Source: Tubulanus polymorphus
Lineage: Eukaryota > Animalia > Nemertea
DNA length: 64,000 nucleotides
NCBI RefSeq assembly: GCF_964204645.1
Contig: NC_134029.1
Span: 21,446,950 to 21,510,949 of the forward strand
Direction: 5' to 3'
Part shown: positions 11,601-23,236 of the stretch, one piece after another
How the letters are laid out: each line of letters opens with the position of its first letter
Position numbering within the stretch: the stretch's first letter is position 1
Notes under the pieces: generated by a model
What the model was told of the DNA's origin: nothing
Seen by the model: the letters and a program-made list of their open reading frames with translations, nothing else
Databases searched by the model: none
Position numbers and translations under genes: made by a program

Positions 11601-14600
11601 CTTCATAATGCGTTATGGCACCTAAATATTCTTAAATCTAATGCCTCCAAATTATGTATAGCTCGTTAAGATATTTTTGCATCGTCTATTTCATTTTCGG
11701 ACTTTTTATTATCATAGTGGGATTCTCTCTACATCGCGTCAACACGGATATCTACCAATCGTGATTTTTACATCATATCGTATACATTCGAGAAAATGAA
11801 TTTTGTAACTGGGAGCATTTAGGGTCGATAGAGTTTCTGTCACCAAGCTGTAAGGCTAATTAGTTAGTTTCCTAATCGTTGGTGGTAAGCTGTTTATAAT
11901 CAGATGGGCTTATACGAATGTGGTTTGTGAAAATATCCGATCGTGAACCTAAACCACAGACAGGCTACCGACTATATGGCTAATGTACTTGTTTCAAGAC
12001 TGATGACAGAAATTCTTTTCAATTAGTTAAAATCTTCTTTACATTCTAGTACTTCATATGCATTACAGCACCTAAAATATGTTAATAAATTATTCTGTCT
12101 ACACATCATAGATTGATAGATTTTTTTTTTTTACTTTTTCACATCGTATCATATACATGATGTGTGTTAGGCCTATGTGATATTGGAACGTATTGAATAT
12201 AGTAAATTGGATATTTTTGCCGGTTGATTTAACGCGACATAACCTGAGCTGATCGGATAAACCCGCACTGCAAACAAACGATATACAATACAATCGATTA
12301 TTCCTGCTTCGGATCGTAAGGTAGAAAAATCATTCCGGATCTGCCTTCGAACCTGTTGCTGAATAGAATATCCATATTTCAAAAAGGTTACTGTCTTTTG
12401 GCTCGAACCTTGGCCCAATTACTCATTCAGGAATCGTGTCTTTTTTCGAACGATTAACACCAGAAAAGAAATGTGACATATGTATAATTTACAAAGATCT
12501 CAAGAGAATGTCGAAAAGTGAAATTCGTGTAGCTTTGAATATAAGGTAGTTAGTAAATATGTGTGTCATGTATTGTCTATTGAGGAATCAGCCTCAGGCA
12601 TTATTCTGACTCAATCATTGTCATTTCATTGACTAAATAGTTAATTACTGTCAATCAGGATTAATTGTCATAAATATAGGAATTCCAAACTATCTCAAAT
12701 CAATGCGGCTATTGAGTCGTGACATTACAGGCTGTGCCTTTAAGTGATCTGTGTAAGGTGTTTTTACACTTAAACAAGAAACTCAACATATTTCTAATGA
12801 AGGTAATTTCGAATGAATATCTACATTCTATTTTCAATCATGTTTGACATATGGCATCCATCATGAATATAGCGCTTCCATCATATGATGAAGACTCACC
12901 AGTCCAGGTTTCAAACAAAGTCGTAAACATTTAAATACATATATTTGTTCTTCAGAGATTCTTAGATAAACTGTAGAGTTATATTCATAAAAATCTGAAT
13001 AGATTACGTGAGTCTGCTGCGTATGATATAAGTCATATGATTTGATTATTTTTCCTGGTTAGTGGCAGGTTAGACATATTATATAACAAGCGCCAGTCAT
13101 GTTTAATGTTATTACAGGGACCTTAAGAACACGCCTTAAACACATCATCCTAAACACACAATCAAATACATCCCGAAGTAGCTATTTTCGGTAACGAAAT
13201 GTTTGACACTATTTGCAATTCTCGCTGGGAGTCAAATTCAACATCTGATGAACTTGTTCGTTTTTCTATTTTAGGCATGTTAAGAAAAGCGATTTAAAAA
13301 TGGCTGTAGTTAATGGTCAAACTCATAGTTCAGAATCGGAAGATGGAATCTGTATTCAACAAGCTATCCTCAACGCCAAACAGAGAATGGTAAGCCACCT
13401 TACATCTAAAATATTGATTCCTTCATCAAGATCAATCCTGTCTCAATGGAAAGGCCATTTCTAGCAACTTTCGAACGTCAATGAAGTTGGCACAGGTTAA
13501 TAGTACAAACATAGTCCTCCATAAAATGTCGCTTGCGACAATAAGGAAGTTGATATTGAGATTAACGGTCAACATTGAGATAGAAAATGAAATGTTTATA
13601 TAGACTCAGATTTCTGAATACAATGTAGCATTGTCTCAGTATACAACCACCAGTTTACTGACAAATCTAATGTTCTTTAAAACTCTTATATCATAAGCCG
13701 GGCTTCAGGGTAGCTTATATTCATATTGACAACTAACACTGTCTTTTCTCGAAGTCAGCGAGCTATACTAAGATTAGTTGTTTAAAATCTTATGTCGAAT
13801 AGAAATCATTTGCTCATAGAAACCCATGTTTTTATACCGTGATACACGAGAATTCATTGATTCAGTTGATCCCCACACAAATCAAATGATTTTCAAACAA
13901 ATTAATCAAGGCTTATTGTTATTATCAATAACATGATTAACTCAGTACGAACAATTTAAAACCTGTTTTTGCAAGTATCTGGTTTTTAGCCTTTAATCCT
14001 ATTCACGAATTGGATTATTCTTAAACCCAGTTCCAGCCACACATATTAAACCCATCCGCCTATTCTTTAAGACTAGATCCTGTTAATAACGTTGATCTTA
14101 TTCCGGATTAAACATGGTAATACTCAAGCTTTTAATTCATAATTTAATCCAGTAGTGCTCTGAAATTTTCCTAATCCTCATTGATAGTACAGATCCTGTC
14201 ACTACATGCCGCCTACTTTTCATAAATTGGATGATCTTAATAAACCTCTAGTCAATATCCCTTTAACCAGGGAAGTGTAATTACACTTCCCTGCTTTAAC
14301 TTACAATTAATCTCATTCCACTACAACAGACAGCACTGGCCCTGTGGGTAGTGCTTAAGTGTGAAACTGTGAAAGTTTGTCTCTAGCTACCAGAAATATC
14401 TGTTGTCTCCAACACAACTGTATGAAACAACAGTAGTGTTGTATTCATTGACAGTTTTTCATCATCTAATTAATCGCGATGCTTAAAACTATCGTGACTG
14501 AAGAATCAAGATTTTAGTTATCACTGTCCGGTCGCGGATGAAACTTGGTGCACATTATCAAGCAGTCTATTTTGGAATAAGTTTCGCGATGATTCATGTA

Positions 14601-17600
14601 ATTATAATTCAACCAGTCTACCGGATATCATAGAAAGGCTGTAAGTTTAAAACCCACTAAAAACAAATTTAAAACGAAATTTATTACTCAAGAATTAACA
14701 ACTAAAGAACTCTGATTGTGGTCACTAGAAAGAGTCTTACACATCATGTCTTTACTTTTAATTCTTGAGTTATAAATTTTGTTCGAAACCTTTTAAATTT
14801 TGTTAGCGGGTTTTACACTTATGATCTATTATTCTCCTCATCAAGAGTCTCGGCTGTTTAACTATAGAAAGACTGAATCATAATTTAATTTCTATTCTAG
14901 TTGAGTCTTGTGCACGAAGAGAACAATTTCAAGAAAGATATCAAAGAGATACAAGGCATATTCTACAACTTGATCGCCGAGCTGGATCGATTAGACCAAG
15001 GAGGAAAACAACCGCTGGAGGGCGCTGGCGGAGATATACGACGGTCAGCGGATGAAGGCGGCGGAACGTCGAACAGCAGTCGGTGGGGAGATAACTCGTT
15101 TTGCGGAAGCGAAGTCGACGTGGCGGCGCTGAACGACAGTCGAACCAGGACTTCTCATCGACGTCGAAATAGTATGAAAATGGGTCAACGCGTAATTCAA
15201 AGCCCGAAGAACGGCGCGCCGAGTATTTCATCGTCGTCCGGTGGATCGACGACGAGCGACTGCGACTCGTCGGGTAGCGGCGCGATCGCGCGTCAACGTT
15301 CCGGCGTACGACTCGGTATGTCGATCGTGAAACGTCGTAACAGTTTCAACCAGAATTCATCGACGGCGACGACTTCCGAGCGCGAATCGTCGTTACCGCC
15401 GAAACCGTCGTCGTCGACGACGACGAAACCCGATCAGCAGACGCTGCTTAATCATACTTACGTCGTCGCGAACACGAGTCCGAAAAACCTCGCGAAAAAA
15501 CAGGTTTTTGAAACCGATATCGATCAGACGTTTTCGCCGCAGTTGACGAGCACGATGGTTAACAATTCTCCGAATATATCTCTGATGGGATGTTCGGCGC
15601 CGCCGTCTCCGGCTAGTCCGATTCGAACGCCGACGACCGCCGATTCGTCGAGTTACGATTCCGATGCGAACGCGGTACCCGGTCGCCGGGCGACGAAACG
15701 CGGCGACAATCTATACAAACTGCACGTTCAGCGAATGAGACGAACGCCGATCAGATCTCCGAACCGAAATCACGATCCTCACTCGCCGGGAATTCTCAAA
15801 GCGTCACCGGCGGCCGAAAAACTTTACAAGAAGAAAAACGAAACCCAGAATAAACGGAGGAATTTACACACGAGTTACGCGAGTTCCGACCGCTGTAACG
15901 TGAGTTACAATTCGGTGAATCGCGCGAATGAAACGCTGCCGCCGAAAACACCGGTGAAATCGCCGCGAGTGACGTTCGTCGACGAGGTTTACAAACGCGT
16001 AAATAGTCGCGCTTCGACGTCGAGCGAAAGCAGCGATCTGGAATATGACTATACGACGGCTTATAAACCAGTCCCACTGCCGCAACTAAACCCGTTACAG
16101 AAAACCAGCTCGATGCCGTCGATTTCTTTGATCGGCGATAAACGACGCCGAGGAGCGGCGGCGGCAAACTGTTCGAGCGATTCGAGTACGAGCGATTTCA
16201 GCAGCGATAGTTCGTGTTCGAAATGTACGACGATCGACCGTTCGAATCGAGCTCCGCACCCGACGCCGGAGGACACGATCGACGATTCCTCGTTCATGGC
16301 GCCGCCTCGTCGGTGTTTCAACACGCCGAACTCGACGTGCTCGACGGTCTGGGACTCGGAGTGTACGTCCGTTTTAACCGAGGTCGGATTGGCGTTGGAA
16401 GCGTGCGACGAAAGCGACGCCGCGTCGAACCGCAGCGATTACTTCGCCGACCTGGATCACGTCGAAAAGGAATTTCGAAAGTGTCGCGATAACGGAGCCG
16501 ACGAGACGTACGCGAAATACATGAGGCTTATCAACGATTTCGAGAGACAGATGAAACGCAGCGCGACGTACGGGAATCCGTTAGCCGGAAAAACGGGAAA
16601 GAATCAGCACTGTCAGAATCACGACGTCCATATGGCGCTCGGCGAACCGTGTTCGTTATATCTAGAAGAAACTTTGACGCTGCTCGAAAGTTCGAAATTC
16701 AATGTCGTCGTCGACCAGTTATCCGAGAGCGGATTCGAAAGCACGCATAATATCGATAGTAGTTTAGATTCGACCGTCGTTACGGACGCGAGTAGTATCG
16801 AGGGCAGCGCTAAGGGTTCGTTCCGTCGAGCGGCGAACGACGTCGATATGAGACGAATGATCGGTATGATGCAATACGCGAAACAATTAAAACGTCAAGT
16901 GAAACGCGACGACGCGGGCGAAAATACGAAACCGACCGTCACCATTCGTAAAAACGAAAAACCGAACGAACGTTGTCAGAAATTGTCGTTACCTTCGATG
17001 ACGCGACCGAGGGTACCGGCGTCGCTCGAAGTGACGATCAACTCGACGCCCGATATGTCGGCGGTGAAGACGTCGCCCGAAATGGACGCGACCGATTGTT
17101 GCCTGCTCGACGCCGAACACACGATGATGGAGCATAATTTTCAAAGCTGCCACGGACGCGACTACTGCGAATCTCTCTCGAGCGGCAGCAGCGACAGTTT
17201 CTCGACGACGATCACCGAGAAACGCCAGCCGATTCCGACGAATACGCCGGAATCCAGTTACGAACCGTCGCCGGAATTTCCGCCGCGCGATAAAAAGCGT
17301 ATCGAACTCGGCGCGTCGCCGACTTCGACGTCGGTCAGTAGCGATAATAATTCTCGACTTCAAACGCGTCCTCGGAATAACTTACGTCAAAATATACACA
17401 ATCGTAAAAACGTCGTTAGTAATGCGAGTTACCAAAACGCGATATCGCAACACCCGTGCAAAACGCCGGGATTAAGTCCGATCGTGAGTCCGGTTTCGGA
17501 TAATAGTAGTAATCCGGCTCATCGTGCGCCGATGAACACGCCGACGGGCTCGCAAGAAACGACGCCGGCTAAAGCGCAACCGCAAGGTTATAAACCGGGT

Positions 17601-20600
17601 AGTATACGGTCTCATAATACACGCGGATTACGCAAACAATTAAAGTTCAATACGCCGAAATTTAAATCGCCGTTAAAACGAAAGAAATATCGCGTCAACG
17701 AAAAAACCGCGACGGAAACCGAGACGGAACGCTTACCTCGGCGAGCTGTCAGCATGAAAGCGAAAAAAGTAAAAGACAGTTTGTATCTCGCGCGTCACAA
17801 TCGTCGGAAATCGGAGCTGATGCTTCCACCGGCTCATCCACCGGTTCCACCGCCGCCGCCGCAGAGTCAGCCCGTCAACCCGGCTGAACTGACCGCTGAA
17901 GAAAAAGAACTAGCGTACAAAAAGAAAAAGGGACTGAAAAAGAAACTGAAACTGTTCAGTAATTATTTCAATCGAAAAGATCGTGACTCGTACCCGGAAT
18001 TACAAATGTTAGCGCAGTTATAGCACAGCACGGATTTCATCACCGGGACGTAATGTGCTGTTATAATATGGTGCTATGTAACTAAAATTGTTTTTGGTTT
18101 CTGGAATTCTATCGTATTCAAAGATGAGAACTTGCGTGAAATTATTTATCAGCGGGATGCAATAACCCGTGAGCTGTAAATATTTCTAGGTGTTCCGCAT
18201 CGAGTCAAGTGGCCACGATTTGCCAAATATATTTTTGCTGAAAATCATAGCGGAAAAATAATCATTCATTAAAACTTTTCATTTCATTGCCATTTCATCA
18301 TCGCGATAACTGCCAAAAAATTTTCTGAAAAAAAAAACGAAGTATCTTCTAACTTACGTAATTATCATAATTATTGATAATAAAGCTTGAAGTTCAATTA
18401 GAATTTTAAATGAAGTTTGTTTTTTTTTAATACACTGAATAAAAGAACTGTTAGTTTTTATACAAATTCCAATATTCTTTTTCATCATCGACATCGGCTG
18501 GTGTATGCCCAGCTTTGCCCTTAAGAAATATCTCATATATCTCAAGGATAATCAGAAAATCTTAAGGATATCAGAAAAACAAACGAAATATCATCCACTC
18601 TCCACATCCTGAATGTCATGAATCTATGAACCACAAAAATACAGAAAATCCAGCAGCAATCATTCGTAAAATGAAAAAGTGCAAGTTTCACTTGTATTTA
18701 TTACCAGTACTTAAAATATGTACAGTTACACACTCATCAAAAGGATATTCTTACTATCAGATTGAAAACAACCTTAAGTAAGTTGTAAGAGGAAAGGACA
18801 GTTTTCAATAGTATCAAGTTCAGACATTAAGAACACTTTGCAACAATGTCTACCTTTGGGCTACAAAAAATTGATACCTTGTTTCTCATTTTTTGCTAAG
18901 CTTAAAAGTTGAATAGCCGCTTATCTACCCCGTACATTACTTTTTTTCAAAATCATGATCAAGCTAACCATAACGGACTCGGCAGTTAGAGAAATGAACT
19001 GATAACAAATATCATTGCAGTTTACGAGTAACCTGGCCCAAAACGAGGCATCATTTTATTTGAGCCTAATCTATTATTCATATGGAGCTTACCGGAACCA
19101 TGAACTGTTTATATTTGTTGAAGATTTTCTCCCTTTTCGCTTCATCATTTGGCAACAATGATTGATCGACGAGAGCCGTCAGCATTTCACGCTTTAATTT
19201 CATACCAAGATCCGAAACGAGATCTACTTCATGTGTCTACAATAGAGAAATAGTTAAATGGTTTAATCTGTCAAATGATGCGGAAAACACGCTTGTTAAT
19301 CAGGACCCAGTTCCACAGTTGTGAGTTAAGATTTGACTCGGAGTTAACTCATTGAAAATGAACTAATTTTAACTCAGAGTTAACTCTAACTCACAACTGT
19401 CAAGACTTAAGACCAAAAGTGGGCTTAAATCTTAAGACTGATCTTAAGTTGTTAGATTGGCTATAGAACTAAGTTTGTCTTAGACCAGTCTTAAGTCTAA
19501 GCCCAGTCTATGGAACCGGACCCAGATGCGTGGTATTGATAGACAATCTGCCGGTGAAAAACAATGATTCTGCTTGGCTAGATGTATAGCCTGGTGGCTG
19601 CTTAACGGCAACCCGTCCGCCCAAGAAATCTTGAGCGGTGTAATGAACGTCTGCAGCCAGGGTTTGTGTTGGTGGCGCCGCGCATCGGCGTGAGGCAATC
19701 AAACTCTGGCAGGTGAGGATGGAAACACTTATAAACAATCCAATTCAATGAAACTTTCACCCTGTACCTGTAATATGTAGAAGTCAAACCCGTAGGAATC
19801 ATCAATCAGATCTAAAGTGCGAGGGGTCACAACTATTGACATCCAACGATCTAGAATTTCACTATAAAAGTCGCGCATCTCTAATTTGGGTCGCCAGAAT
19901 CGGGGTTGCCTGGAAATATTTGAAATGAAAAAGAATATATCGGCAAGCGAATATTTCGCAAAACAGCGATTAAATCCGTAGTTACAACGCACCTTCTAGC
20001 CATTCCCTTTTTGTAGAAACCAAACACAATGCCTTCACCGCCCCATAGACCTTGTTTCGATTCTTTCGGATGCAAGGCTTTGATGGGAACATTCAGGTTA
20101 TCTTGTCTTCTCCTGAAAATATGGAAATGGAATAAAAGACGGTTAATTAAAGCACTTGATAATATAGGGAGCCAAGTACATGTACAGTATAGACAGAGAG
20201 GGCCATTGATTTCTGTACAGGTAAAGCCTGGTTTGATAAATGGAAGTTGAGTCATTGGAACTGAGACTTTATGGAAGAAATTTGGTTCAAAGTACCAAGT
20301 AGAAATATAGGCCCATTAGGATATAGGCAATGATAATATATCAGTAGTTTACTGTATAGCCTAGTAATAGGCCTAGAATACTCTCTGCCTTGGTCCTTAT
20401 ATACTAACTTTTCTCCAGTTACCGGACAGCGGTAGTAATCCGGAGCTGGTCGCCAGTGAACTGGTTGTTGAGGTTTTGTGTGGCGTTCGATGAAGCTTTG
20501 TTTGAAATGTTCGGGGAGGCGCATCATGATTCCGTCGTTCCACGGCCAGCGTCCATTTTTCAAATGTTCGGTCATGAACGGAGTCACTACGTAGGGTAAG

Positions 20601-20847
20601 TCTTTGAACGTTAATCCTTGCTTCCAATAAACTGAAAATAAATCAATAATAATGTAGCCGTCATAAAATGAATAGCCTGGTGGTATTGGTAAAGGGAACA
20701 CCGCAACTGTTTTTTCAGTAATTAGTACAACTTATTTAACCAAAATATGACATTTTAAATATGTATTTCGACTCGTACGACATTTTAATCACATTAATTG
20801 ATCGACTCACCATTATGGAACTTTTTTAAATGCGCCGCCGCCGTCAT
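5618..20847 (-). CDS. MRPL28: Mitochondrial ribosomal protein L28 (bL28m), 8 coding exons, ~299 aa
   Basis: Exons 20847-20811, 20631-20409, 20112-19993, 19909-19768, 19236-19093, 6115-5977, 5879-5840, 5672-5618 total 900 nt with consistent phases. Motifs: RLPEHF, PVHW, ESKQGLWGGEG, FWRP, YSEILD, TPRTLDLIDDSYGFDFYIL, LGMKLKREML, EEIEWMGLS, ending SSWLSKMNPFGKKGT. Confidence 0.93.
8087..18023 (+). CDS. Large Ser/Thr/Pro/Arg-rich, mostly disordered protein (~1149 aa) with N-terminal coiled coil, possibly INSYN1/PRR16-like; nested antisense in mRpL28 intron 5
   Basis: Exons 8087-8298 (AG|gtaag), 13275-13389 (tttag| ... ATG|gtaag) and 14901-18023 (ttctag|) join in frame to 3450 nt. The last exon is a 3.1-kb stop-free ORF with a Pro-rich, basic C-terminus. 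Confidence 0.85.
19304..19522. mobile_element. Chimeric MITE of two CWG-target families in mRpL28 intron 4
   Basis: Termini gacccagttcca...tggaaccggacc with CAG on both sides. The left half matches the 40932-41039 family and the right half matches the 56213/57632 family. Confidence 0.7.
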
Positions 20848-21052
20848 TCCGTAATTAGTTCAGCTAAGATTTCATTAAGAAACGGAGAAAATTAGTCTTT
20901 TAATTGCGCCCGACAAGAACCGTAAAGTGCTGCCACCATTAGTTTCAAGGTCAAGTGGAGAAACAGCTATTTTTATTGAATTATGCTTGAATAAACTGAA
21001 ATAATTGCTTTATTACATTAATTCATCGCCAAATTCGATCATAAATACCACT
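20848..21052. promoter_or_regulatory. Bidirectional promoter of mRpL28/mRpL22 with TCAAGGTCA (ERR/NR5A-type site) at 20945-20953
   Basis: Only 205 bp lie between the divergent ATGs at 20847 (-) and 21053 (+); there is an exact TCAAGGTCA near the middle. Confidence 0.7.
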
Positions 21053-22719
21053 ATGTCACTTTTAGTGGCTACGAGGAATTTGGTTTCGGGTTTAAGACGG
21101 TGCGTATTGTTTAAATACTGATAAAATATGTTCATAAAGTGACGTCAATCTAATTTTATTTTATTTTATTGAAATAACTATGCCACATTTAATGCTGGTT
21201 TTGTGTTGTTGAAATCATCACCCCAATGCGTATGCACGAATTGCTTCTGACTTGAAATTAGACAAATGACCATGAAAATTGGGATCCGAACATGCATGCA
21301 TTACCTGGACGGAGTTTTAGTACGGAGGCCAACTAACTGCCAGTGCCAGAACCAAAACCCAGGACTCTCTAAACCCTTGCCTAGAACCTCTAGACATGTA
21401 GGGGAACCTGTAACGACGACTGGTATTCAGACTAATCTTAACCCCTTTTGTGGATGATTTCAACTATTGTCCAATTGATGAAGTATTTTTTCTCTTGTTT
21501 ACAGAACGCTGTTACCGGCAACATTTCATTTACAAAATGTCGCCAATCTGCACACAACAAACGTAAACTGTCGTAAAATACCCCGTCCGACCGAGCCGAA
21601 AGTGTGGCCTAAATATAACCAGATAGTATATCCACCGCAGAAAGAAGGAGAACCACGACGACCTGCTGTAAGTTACTAACAATAAATCTCTTATAGAAAC
21701 CCTATCATCTGAAGCGCTATTAATCACTTAATGAGCCTGATACAAATAGGCCTTGGCCAGCCCTCCATGCGTGCGTGTAATTGATGATGAAATAAGGCAT
21801 CACAAATATGAAATTTAAGTTCATTTACCTGTTCAACTTTTTCTAGGAAATCACTCATTATCGTGCAAACATTAAAAGCAGCTACAAGAAGATGTGGTAT
21901 TTAGCTCAAATGGTATGTAGACTGTCCACATTTCCAGAACCGTTATCTGAAAATCCCTTTGCTGCATCGAATGATTCTTTCTAGATAAGAGGAATGTCGG
22001 TAGACGAAGCTATCAAACAACTGAAGTTCCATAAGAGACAGGTCTCTACGCAATTAGTTGAAGTAATTGAAGAAGCTATCGATATGGCCGTGAAGGATCA
22101 TAATGTTGAATTCAGATCTAACTTATGGATTTGTAAGTCGTGTCAACATGAATAATATACAGTAATATTGGGAATAGACTAGTGATGTTTACTGTGACGC
22201 CTTTATGTCATCAGATGTTGTCACGTTACTGAAATTGTCGCCATTTCGGAGTTCCAATTCGTATTTCAATTCAAGTGTTAAGTTAACATTTGAATAAGTC
22301 AACATAATGGGAGTCCCAGCATGATTACTTAACTTAGTTTGACTGTACAAGGACTTTTTATGGGACAAAAAATCTAGGTGGTTTGCCTTAACAGATACAA
22401 AGATTATTTAAGTTAGAAAACAGGAAACTTCTACTGACCCCTTATTTATAGCCTTTACTTAATTTAATTGTCTCAAAATACATTTTTTCAATTTTCAGCG
22501 GAATCTAATGTTGGAAAAGGAATGACGATTAAAGGAATACGTAAACATAGAGGACCTCGTTACGGAATCGTTCACTATTTATATACGCATTATTTCGTGC
22601 GATTAAGAGAGGGTAAACCACCTGAACATTATTACGCACCAAAAGATGAACCCGGGACTAAAAAGATGCAGGATTTCATCACGAATTTGAGAAGTCGTAC
22701 GATCAAGCACGGATTATGA
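21053..22719 (+). CDS. MRPL22: Mitochondrial ribosomal protein L22 (uL22m), 5 exons, ~214 aa
   Basis: Exons 21053-21099, 21505-21667, 21847-21912, 21985-22132, 22499-22719 total 645 nt. Motifs: IVYPPQKEGEPRRPAEI, KKMWYLAQMIRGMSVDEA, AVKDHNVEFRSNLW, HYFVRLREGKPP. The N-terminus looks like a mitochondrial transit peptide. Confidence 0.95.
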
Positions 22720-23236
22720 TTCAATCATCAATGGTTATTTATCACTATTGGCAAAATACTATTTGTATATTTGTTAGTGGTTACATTATGAATAGAACTG
22801 AATGCGTTGTAGAATCTTGAATAAATTCCTTTTGGTAAATGTCAGTAGTTTCCTCAATTCTCTTCCATCTCCTTTAATCCTTCTAGCGTATGACTAGCAA
22901 AGATCTCGGATTTATCCAATAAATGCCTCCACATCAAAGAAATGCATCGAATAACTCAACCATAGATAGGCTATGACTTCTAGACAAAATTTACCTTTGT
23001 ACTACAATCGGAATGATCTAGTGGGACCTTGATACAACGAACGTAAGGGGAACTGAAATAAGTTTTTGTCTTGTTTGGCATGAAATTCTAGGTTTGTAAT
23101 AACCGACAAATCGATATAACGAGGTTCCTCTGTACAATGCCACTCAAAGTCGAAATTCTTGCACAATACAAATAACACTAGAAAATAGTTCCTGATGACA
23201 GTATTAATTATTTATTTATTATCATGAAACAACTAT

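Noticed and set aside
11538-12085. ~100-bp imperfect direct repeat (ctgatgacagaaattcttt...cacctaaa) about 450 bp apart, containing TGATGA
   Set aside because: Looks like an ordinary old local duplication or repeat fragment; no paired D box or terminal stem supports a C/D snoRNA.
14941-17363. Several short ORFs overlapping the 3.1-kb exon
   Set aside because: Alternative-frame or antisense shadows of GC-rich coding sequence.
20252-20701. 149-aa stand-alone ORF
   Set aside because: Only 20631-20409 is coding (mRpL28 exon 2); the rest is intron read-through.
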